A stretch of DNA of 63,390 nucleotides, the filler included, from Octopus bimaculoides (lineage: Eukaryota): the NCBI RefSeq assembly GCF_001194135.2. It is 4 parts of 4 records of this genome, joined end to end, with 100 filler letters (N's around TTAATTAATTAA, not from the genome) between each part and the next. Parts side by side here need not be neighbours in the genome. Positions count along the whole stretch, not along the records: positions 50,822 to 63,390 come from NC_069004.1; 3 more parts are not named here. One strand, 5' to 3'. Numbering within the stretch: the first letter of the stretch is position 1; every line of letters begins with the position of its first letter. Below the pieces are notes generated by a model that had not been told where the DNA came from, did not search any database, and saw nothing but the letters and a program-made list of their open reading frames with translations. The position numbers and the translations under genes are program-made. This document shows positions 53,161-63,390 of this stretch, in pieces.

Positions 53161-53927
53161 CTGTGTGTATGTTTGGCATAATATGCATATGTGATATGTA
53201 TGGAATATATAATATGTATTTCTTAGTTTTATAATGGCATGGCACAAATTACCTTTTCAATATTTAGTTATGTCTAGTGATGTTCTTTCTAAGTTCACCT
53301 CCCTTGAAAATCTACTCTGCATTGCAACCTCTCAGGGTCGATAAAATGGGTATCAGTAATATACTGGGATTCACTTTAATCGTCCTTTTGCTCCTGCAAT
53401 ATTCTTTGCCTTGTGCCATTGTTAGAAATCATTATATTATATATATGTCTCAATACATATGAATGCTATATATACACTCATATATATAAATATATATCTT
53501 CATCTATATATGTTATATATATATATAATATATACACATATATATAATGTAATATATATTATATCTATAATGTATATATATTTATATATGTATGTATTTT
53601 TGGCTGTATATATTATGTAATGTGTATACGTGTGTATTGTATTATATCATATATATATATATGTATATATATGCACATATATGTATGTACTTGCGTATGT
53701 TCTCAACAACTCAAGTGATATTTGGTGCTATTGAAAAGTATTAAATCGCATGTTTGTATAGTTATGAATTGAATGCTGCATATTTATATACACATCTCTA
53801 TATACATTACATACATACATAAATACACTGGCCTTTGTTAATTATTAATGCTCAATAGCTGAAATGAAATTTTAGCCACTCTTCTAATCGTATTAGATTT
53901 TGTCTTTCATGATTTCAGTAACATATA

Positions 53928-53959
<32 letters not shown>

Positions 53960-56900
53960 CTAGTTTTGTTATATCTCTCTAATATTTTTCCACCAATGGT
54001 AAAATGGCTCTTTATACAATACAGCCATCACTTTGTATTTGCGATTACTATTAGGAATAGGATTGCTGTTGGAAGAAAATGTGACATTTTGAGTCTGTGA
54101 ATTGTGTCCAGCTAAGGTAATGTCTGTTCTTTGAACTGCTGTATGCAAGCCAGTAGAAACTAGATATAAATTTTTTTGATATTAGTCTGTGCCAGCAGTA
54201 TTTAATTCTCATACTGAAGATTACTATGAGGTATATCCAAAGATTTTAACCATCATTGTGTTCATAAATTGATTAATTTTACTAATACATGAGGCAGTCA
54301 TAAAAATCTCTCATGTCAGGCTGCTTGATAAACATGACAGAACTTTTGAATGTTTCATATGCCTTAGTAAATTTAATTTATTTAATTAATTCATGAGTTC
54401 ACTGATGACTAAAATCTTCTGAGTAAATTTCGTAGCAATCATTCAGATATATAATTTATAAAGTCAATTTCCTAGAATCCAAATTAAATAAATGAAAACT
54501 TTCAATGTTTAAATTAATTAAAATAAAAACATAAAATATTTCTACAGCCTTAGTTTTAAGCATTGGCAAAACACCAAGAATTCTTGTCTGGGAGACAAGA
54601 TAGGTTAGAACATAATAATTTGGGTACTTAGAACATAGTAAACTTTGGTTTAATGGTTAACATAGTCATCAGGATTACAACAGACACTTTTGGTTCATGG
54701 TGCATTTCCAGTATGCATTTCTGCACATATTTTGTCCACCTTAGGCTTGCACTTATGAAGAGCATTCTTGAATTGAATTTAATGTTGTATTGTTACTAGA
54801 AATCTCATTGGCTGTATCATCTAAAGAAATTATGTAAGTGTTCATAAAAAAACAGAAACTAGTATTGTTTTAAGAAAAAATAAATTTTAAAGTTTTTAAT
54901 GTAAATACACTTAAAGTAAGGTATTCTAGAAATTTCTAGATTAAATTCCTTGAAAGTGGGTATGTAGGGGGGAAAAAAATATTGGGAAGTACAGAATTCT
55001 TAAGCAAATAATAGAATTTAAGAAATATAAAATATAGGAAGAAAATCTGTNNNNNNNNNNNNNNNNNNNNNNNNNNNNNNNNNNNNNNNNNNNNNNNNNN
55101 NNNNNNNNNNNNNNNNNNNNNNNNNNNNNNNNNNNNNNNNNNNNNNNNNNNNNNNNNNNNNNNNNNNNNNNNNNNNNNNNNNNNNNNNNNNNNNNNNNNN
55201 NNNNNNNNNNNNNNNNNNNNNNNNTATATACACACATACACAAACATATACATATATAAAATGGAATGATTTAAAAAATGAAACAAGAAAGAAATTTATA
55301 TATATAAAAATACTTCTAATTTTACCAATTCTTTTCAAATTATTAAACCATTTTTCTTTTTTGGACTTAACGTTTTTCTAATTTTTTCTTTTCTTTTTTT
55401 TACACTTCTCTTTCTGTCTATCTCTATCTCTCTCTCCATATAGTAATATTAATTAATTGGTAGTTTTATTTATTTTTTTTTTTTGTGAATGTGGCTGATT
55501 ATCAGATTGAGCTACTCAATTATTTCTTTATTTTAATTTAATTTTTTTTTTTATTCCTTTCTTAAGTTTGATCCGTCTTATCTTAAATGAATGTGTGTAC
55601 GCATGTTAGCTATTTTAATGCCTACACATGTCACCCTGTCCTCATCATTCAATGCAAGAATGCAAGACAATGTTTTATTTTTTATTTAATATTTTTCAAC
55701 TTCCTTTCCTTTCTTTCTCTCCCTTCCCTTGCCCCCTACTGTCTTGATATCCTTTCAAAAGATTTAAAAATTTAAAAGAATTCTTACATCAGCAAAGACG
55801 GAAACACTCACTTACTCTCTTAAATTCCTTTTCTTCTTATTTTTTTTTTTACTGCAATATTTACTCATTTCTGTTATGTTTCAGTTAATTTTTAAAATAA
55901 TATAAGAATTTGAAAGACAGTTTTAGGAAAATAACTTAACATGAAACACAGCAAATAATTCCAATATCAAAATTACATAGAACATGCAACAAATTTAAAT
56001 ATGAAAAGTACTTGAAAATTAGAAAAAAAAACATAGTTATCATTGAACCATAAGTGGCCTTAAGTGATTTGCCTTCAAAATGAACACATTTGGGACACAA
56101 TGTAAGAAAACAAATATTGCATAAAATTCATAAGAAATATTAGATTTAGATGTAAAAATAACTTTAACATTAGAGGTTTAGTATTATAAAACTGAAGCTA
56201 TTCTGAAGTAGGCTGGTGTTAAAAGATAGGAACTGAGATTAATACGTATAGAAGTATATGTAACAAACAGAAGAACAGAGGTACTGGTATAACATTTATT
56301 CCTTACCTACAGCTGTTTCTATAGCTTATGCTTATGAGTCAAATCATTTAACAATTAGGCAAACATTAATATAAGCAATGACTATATAATGTTATATATT
56401 ATATAATGTAAAAGTAATTTCAAATAAATTAATAATATAGTTAATAATTAAATGTATACATGATATTTATTATAGTTAATAATGTAATGTTTGAAAGAGG
56501 TGATGTATATAATGTGTGATTAGATCTAATTCATATATACATGACTGTAAGTGTAATTATTTGCAGTATTTGTGAGAAGTTTACTGGCACATCTATACTT
56601 TATAAATAACCAGAACAAAATGTCACATCCATGAGACAAGAATGAAATAATGTGTTTGACTAAGTTACTTGTGTATATATTCTGAATTAAAATTGTACCA
56701 ATGGAGACTTTGCTATCCATTCTTCTCATGGCAGTAACATACCAGTTATCTGCTATGCTCGTTTATATTGACCAGTGTCTCAACTAAATTTCTGTTTTTT
56801 TTTACCTAGGTGAGAAGCCATTTTCTAAATTCCATCTGAATTTCCATAAATGATATACAGGCTTCTTTTAATGCTACTCTATATTTGTCTCATCTTCTTA

Positions 56901-57110
56901 TAATGGATAAAAGCAATCTGATAGCTTTGCCCTTCTATTATGAAGAGAAACCTTTTGATATATAAACACATGTATAGATGTGTGTATTTTGGTATATATA
57001 NNNNNNNNNNNNNNNNNNNNNNNNNNNNNNNNNNNNNNNNNNNNNNNNNNNNNNNNNNNNNNNNNNNNNNNNNNNNNNNNNNNNNNNNNNNNNNNNNNTA
57101 TATATATATA

Positions 57111-57418
57111 GGTGCATAGGTTAGGGTATCCAGTTCAAGGTCGTATGGTTTTGAATTTGATTCCTGGTGATGTGTTGTGTTCTTATGCAAGACTCTTCAT
57201 TTCACATCGGTCCAGCCCACTCAGCTTGCAAAACTGGGCTGTATTTGTAATCCAAGGGCTGGCCTTGTCACATTGTGTGTCACACTGAATCTCCCTGCAA
57301 ACTACATTAAAGGTATGCATGTCTGTGGGCTACTCAACCACTTGCACATTAATTTCATGAGCAGGCTGTTCTGTTGATCAGATCAACTGGAACACTGGTT
57401 GTTGTAACCATGGAGTGT
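57111..57418 (+). mobile_element. SINE family C (tRNA-like head, CORE-like tgtgttcttatgcaagac block)
   Basis: tRNA-like head and central ttgtgt(c)cttg(a)gcaagac-type motif. Single copy in the window; matches a recalled octopus repeat. Confidence 0.6.
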
Positions 57419-58282
57419 TACTCAAATATGTATATGCATACATTCGCTGTGTGTATGTGCATAGACATGTATTGAGTACATCTAATTATTTCTCTTTAAA
57501 ATATATGATAGATTTGATCATTTATAGGATAAACAAGGAATTCAACAGAAATTGGCATTAAGATAGGTGGCCTATAAACTCCCTCAACTTTTAAGTCGAG
57601 GAATACAGCAAACCAGTCTGTTTTTTTTTTTAATTTACATTTACACTATGCCCCCTACTTTTTTAACTTTCACTTTCTTCCCCCCCTTTCTCATTTTATT
57701 GACCATGTCCAGTTTACCTGCCTTCCTACCTCTCCCTCGTCACTTCCTTAGACTTGATTCTAAATTTCTGCCCCTTCTGCATCCATCGACATGTATTGGA
57801 GACAGATAGACACGAAGCAGACCTGGTTAGTAAGGGTATATTACTGATCGACAAAAGGACTTTGATAAACTTAGTTGATTGACTGATTAACTTAACAACT
57901 ACGCAAACATCTGATTGATTAATTGGTTAAATGATTGACCAATTAATTAACATGAATAAAAGAAGCGAAATAGATACAGTACATGTGTTTACTATTGACA
58001 TAATAACCCTTCCAAGTTTGCGTATTTCGACAAATTGACATTCAGTTTAAGTGGATAAAATCTATAACAGTATATACACTCTACAATAATACATATACCC
58101 TCTGCCCCTCCCCTTAAAAAACATCTGAAAATTTAAAACCAACAACAAACATATCTGATTTTAATTGGTGCATCATTCTGTGTCCGTGTGCCTAGTTTTT
58201 CTACGTCAATGCCGTCTGCTGCATGTTATATGTGATGTTCCGTTCTGCCTTGATTAAACAACATTTTTTTTTCTTATTATAC

Positions 58283-58313
<31 letters not shown>

Positions 58314-59574
58314 CATATTTTTTTCTTTATTGACAATTCATTATCCCGCGTTTGTATCTGTATGTGTATGTATATATATATATATATACATACATATATA
58401 TNNNNNNNNNNNNNNNNNNNNNNNNNNNNNNNNNNNNNNNNNNNNNNNNNNNNNNNNNNNNNNNNNNNNNNNNNNNNNNNNNNNNNNNNNNNNNNNNNNN
58501 NNNNNNNNNNNNNNNNNNNNNNNNNNNNNNNNNNNNNNNNNNNNNNNNNNNNNNNNNNNNNNNNNNNNNNNNNNNNNNNNNNNNNNNNNNNNNNNNNNNN
58601 NNNNNNNNNNNNNNNNNNNNNNNNNNNNNNNNNNNNNNNNNNNNNNNNNNNNNNNNNNNNNNNNNNNNNNNNNNNNNNNNNNNNNNNNNNNNNNNNNNNN
58701 NNNNNNNNNNNNNNNNNNNNNNNNNNNNNNNNNNNNNNNNNNNNNNNNNNNNNNNNNNNNNNNNNNNNNNNNNNNNNNNNNNNNNNNNNNNNNNNNNNNN
58801 NNNNNNNNNNNNNNNNNNNNNNNNNNNGTATATATATATATATAAAAATTTTTATCTTTGTAAAAAGAAATTTATTAGGGAGGAAAGTTAATTTAGTTTT
58901 ACACTTACATATGTATACACGTTCACATGTGTATATGGATTGTGTATGTGTGCATATATATATATATATAAACATATATATATACACATGTACACATAGG
59001 TACATAAATAAAATATACGATAAATGATCTTGACATCATTTTTTTTTAACAAGAAAACTTATGGAAGGTTTCATAAAAAAAAAATATTTTCTGCATTTTT
59101 TTTTTTTTTTTCATATAGCCCCGTTGTATCTTGCTTGTGAAACCTCGAACTTTTTAAATTTGATTTTGTAATTTTTTTCTTTACCAGTATTTTAGTATTT
59201 ATTCTTTTTCTTGGTACACACTGTTGATATAGCTTATCTCTTAACTCGTAATATTTTAACCCTTTTTTTTTTTCCTAAACATAGCAATGAATGAATAAAT
59301 CTCTCCAGTATGTTTTTTCTACTCTTTTCTTCTTGATTTTAATATTACATACTCTGCTACATCTTCTCCTTGCATTCACTTTGTCTTTTCAACATGTTTA
59401 ATTCAATTCATTTGAGTTTATTTCTTTTAAATATGTTGCCATTTCTAATTAGCTAATTAAGTTTCTACAGTTCCTTCATTTAATTATTGTTATTAACAAA
59501 CCCTAACACAAAATTGTAAACTGCCCTTGTGATGCTCATCCCTCTCATCTGAAGCCTTTGTGACAAATAAAAGA

Positions 59575-60400
59575 AATCTTAGCTGCATTTCATCTGCGTT
59601 TACATTCCAGGTTCAAATTCTGCTGAGGTTGACTTTGTTTTTTCATCCTTTTGGGGTCGATAACATAAGTACCAGTTGAGCACTGAGGTCAGTGTCATCA
59701 ACAAGGCCTCCTCACAAAATTTCAGGCCATATACCCATAGGAGAAGGGATTTTTATTATAATCATTATTATTGGCAAGCGAACAGAATTGTTAGCATGCC
59801 GAGTTTGAATTCTGCCGAGGCCGACTTTACCTTTCAGGGTTGATACAATGAGTACCTAGCTGAGCACTGGGGTTAATGTAATTTATTAGCCTCCTTGCCC
59901 AAAATTTCAGGCTTTGTGTCAATAGTGGATAGAATTATTATCATCATCATCATTATGGCAAGGTGGTAGAACCATTGGCACTTCTGACCAAATGCTTAAT
60001 GGTACATCTTCCAAGCCTTTACCTTCAAAGTTCAAATATCTCTCAAGTCAACCTTACCTTTCATTCTTTCAGGATCAATAGAATAAGTACCAGCTGAGCC
60101 CTGGAGTCGATTTAATTAACTTACCTCCTCCCCTAAAATTTCTGGCTTTCTGCCAAAATTTGAAGCAATCATCATCATCATCATAGAATGGTTAGATTCC
60201 TAGATACTGTAAATTCTTTGCAGTGTTTCTTCCAGCTCTTTACATTCTGAGTTCAGGTTCCAACATTGTCGGATTTGCCTCTCATCGTTTTCAAATCAGT
60301 AAAACAAAGTACCAGTCAGCTCCTGAGGTCATTAGTAGTAACTATCCCTCCCCTCAAAATTTCTGGTCTTATGTCTAAGTCAAAAACCATCTTTATTATA
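59575..60400 (+). mobile_element. Head-to-tail array of four diverged SINE family B copies
   Basis: Units at ~59575, 59770, 59955 and 60183, each with gttca/tgaattc, (a/g)agtacc(a)g and aaaatttc(a/t)gg(c/t) blocks, separated by (ATT)/(ATC)n tails. Confidence 0.8.
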
Positions 60401-60848
60401 CCTTTCTCACTTTATTTTTCTATATTCCACATTAGTTCTTACCTCCTCTCCTTCTCATTCTTAGTTTGTTCTATATTTCTTCTCTCTCTCTCAAAAGTAT
60501 TGTATCATATCGTCATTAATTAATTTAATTATAATTTTTATATGTTCTTTTTCATTTAAATATAATATATTTTACCATTTTCTGTGTATCATTTTCTATA
60601 CATCTCTCTTATTTTGTTTCTCCTTATTTATATTCTTTGCTCTTTACCATTTCATTTCATTCCAAATCAAAGAAAGAATGAAACAAAAAGTAAAAAAAAG
60701 AAGCCAAAACTCTTTCTTAAAACATTTTTAATTAATAAAATTTGAGATTAATTAATTGAATTTAAAGAAGAATACACACAAAAGTTTTCTTCTTGACTTC
60801 TTTATTCATTCATTTCTATTTTAATATGACCATAATAAAGTGTGTGTG

Positions 60849-60895
<47 letters not shown>

Positions 60896-60918
60896 TTGCA
60901 TATGTTCACACACACTTG

Positions 60919-60956
<38 letters not shown>

Positions 60957-60972
60957 AACATGAATATATATG

Positions 60973-61016
<44 letters not shown>

Positions 61017-61599
61017 TGTGTGTGTGTATGCATATTCCTACTTATGTTTGTACACTTGGAACATTTGTTTAATTTAATTTTGACATACTGGCTGATTAGA
61101 CACGAGTATAATGTATTGAATGTTTCAGCATGTTTTTATCTCCCTCTCTTGATCATTATCCACATCACATTGCCTTGGTCTGTTGGGTATCTTCATTTAG
61201 TATTATTATTATTATGATTATTATTATTGTTGTTGTTCTTCTTATTATCATTATTATTAGGCAGTGAGCTAAGAGAATCTTTAGCATGCCAAGCAAAATG
61301 CATAGCAGCGTTTTGTCTGTCTTTATGTTCGGAGTTTGAATTTCACGGAACCTGACTGGTATATGTTCCATTTGTTCCTTTTGCTGCACTGTTAATTTAA
61401 GGGATGTAAACAAAGCAATACCAACTGGCAAGCAATGGTAGGGTACAAACGCCGACAGAGTCACATATAGATATATACATACATACGCACATATATACAT
61501 ACATATGGTGGTTGTCTACTCCCTATGCAGAGTTTGACCACCTCCTGTGTACACTGGCATCTGATGTGGCTTTTTAAACCAGACAATATTTTGTTCCAC

Positions 61600-61665
61600 C
61601 CATGCTAGCCATTCAACCCATGTTAGTAGCATGGAAGGCGGACGTTAGATGATGATGATGATGAC
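61600..61665 (+). mobile_element. 3' end of an RTE-tailed SINE/LINE
   Basis: caacccatg...agcatggaaggcggacgttagatgatgatgatgatga: recalled octopus 3' end with (GAT)n tail. Confidence 0.5.
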
Positions 61666-62692
61666 AACTCACATAGATTGCATATCTACTTTGGACCACC
61701 AAGAGCTGCAGTTAAGTTCTGATCTTTGGGAAATTTAAAATGTCTTTTGAGGCCTCCATTAGATTTGCAGACCGTATGGCATACATATCATTGATATTAT
61801 ATATACATATGTATACACACACACACACACACACATACAACAGGCTTCTTTCAGTTTCTGTCTACTGAATCCACTCACAGGGCTTTTGCTGGCCTTGGCT
61901 ATAATAGAAGAGAGATGAAAGCTAATCTTTGTTCTGTATATGTACGTGTATATATATATACACACACACACACACACTCATACATGTTAAGCATGTATAC
62001 ACATGTATATGTGTGTATGTATTTTAATTCATGGTTGTGCAATTACAATTTTATATATATATATATAAACACATATATATATATTTGTGTGTGTCACCTA
62101 CAAATATGTATGTATGTTTGCATATTTAATTTGTATAATTGCTGCCTACTATTGGGTTGAAGTCAAGAATTCTACCACCCACCTACCTGCCTACCAATAT
62201 ATCTCACTATTTCATTCATTAAATCTTAGCTTCAATAAATCTGCAGCTGTTCTTCTTCGTCAATGGAATGGTTATTTACTTCCTTAGATGTGAATGTATG
62301 CCATTGAAATTCACCGCAGTGGTCATGATTCAAAACATTAGCCGTACTGATGGTGTACTTGTGAAAGCCTTACTAAGAGGAAGAACTTTTTCCAATTTCT
62401 TTATTTCTCTTCTCTTCTGTTTTCGTCTGTGATGTTTAGTTCCTCGTTTCAATCAAAAGACTTTCGGTGTTTCCATGTGAAGAATTTTCTGCTCTAGGAA
62501 ATGATTCGTACAGGAAATTGAACCTAATAGGATGGAATGGTTGAAAGATACGTGCTTCCATGATGAAAGGACAAAGTAAATGCTTAATAAAGCATTTGAA
62601 CATGAGATCAAAAGGAATTCTTAAGATAGGGCCGAAAGACCAAGAGAAGAAAAACCAACCAACCAACTATAACAACAACAATAACTCCCTGC

Positions 62693-62723
<31 letters not shown>

Positions 62724-63368
62724 GTAATAGCAGCACCACCATTAGGGACATGCAAACAGTAAATGGTTTATTGGTTAGTAGAGTAAAGTAAGAAAACTTA
62801 AGCTGAGAGTTTAAGTAATGTCGTTGGTTAGAATCAAAGAAAGAAATTAAATGTTGGTGAATTTGTATTGCAACAAAAATGAGATAAAACTTTGACTTAC
62901 TGGCAGACTTTTTCTGGCTATGTAACTTGTAGTGGGGTCACAAGTCAGTTTTTCCATTCCAGACCTCAAAGCGATGATTCTGATCTCTAAGAATTGCATG
63001 TTGTATCTTTGGATCTTTGAAGTTTTTGAGGAGACGAAGTGACTTCTTTGAAATTCTAAATTTGTCGACAAACGTAAACTGATAAAATTTTTACACTACT
63101 AAGACTCACTGCTTTGTGTTTCTTTGTTTTTATACATGTATATATTATATATTTTTTTGTTTATGTATATACATGGGAGTCTGTGTGTATTATATATATA
63201 TATATATAATATATAATGCATATATAGCAAAAGCTAAATGTTCAAAAATTTCTTTTTTTTGGGAAGCTTTGAAAAAGATTAGGTTGTTATATTTCTCACA
63301 GACTTTTATGGCAGTCTCGTTGCTGTTTCTTAACATTTTCCCCCCTTTTTTTTCTTATTCTCTCTCAG

Positions 63369-63390
63369 GTCACCCACTCTCTGTCCGTTA
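63369..63390 (+). CDS. Candidate start of a downstream Rbfox exon (runs off window)
   Basis: Branch-like cttaac (~63328), long pyrimidine tract, then tctctcag|G. Read in phase 1 after the 61-nt exon it gives G-H-P-L-S-V-R with no stop. No homology recognised. Confidence 0.4.

Noticed and set aside
56810-56853. GEKPF as part of a C2H2 zinc-finger gene
   Set aside because: No Cx2C...H..H follows; a stop occurs after 14 codons. Kept only as a candidate stop exon.

Overview
Eukaryotic, AT-rich, microsatellite-laden draft genomic DNA with many N gaps. The repeat families suggest a coleoid cephalopod, most likely Octopus (inference from recalled repeat consensus; no search was run). Almost all ORFs in the supplied track are artefacts of N runs and simple repeats. 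The one recognisable host-gene segment is missing from that track: a 61-nt + strand exon (51341-51401, VNNATARVMTKKAVNPAIPN-G) from the end of the RRM of an Rbfox/Fox-1 splicing regulator. The window is therefore probably mostly Rbfox intron. That intron holds decayed transposons: R4/Dong, Tx1/L1, RTE and CR1/L2-type LINEs, a Penelope GIY-YIG domain, hAT and maT (DD37D) DNA transposons, piggyBac-type MITEs and several tRNA-derived SINE families. There are no rRNA, tRNA or CRISPR features. I cannot claim a proven new system. The best leads are: (1) an RTE LINE ending in three C2H2 zinc fingers; (2) a complete minimal hammerhead-ribozyme motif on the minus strand; (3) microsatellite-derived UGCAUG (Rbfox-site) arrays in the putative Rbfox pre-mRNA; (4) a visible CpG-depletion step near the exon; (5) alternative RNA stems around a consensus 5' splice site. 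Family names rest on motifs I translated by hand. Transposon boundaries are approximate (tens of bp).
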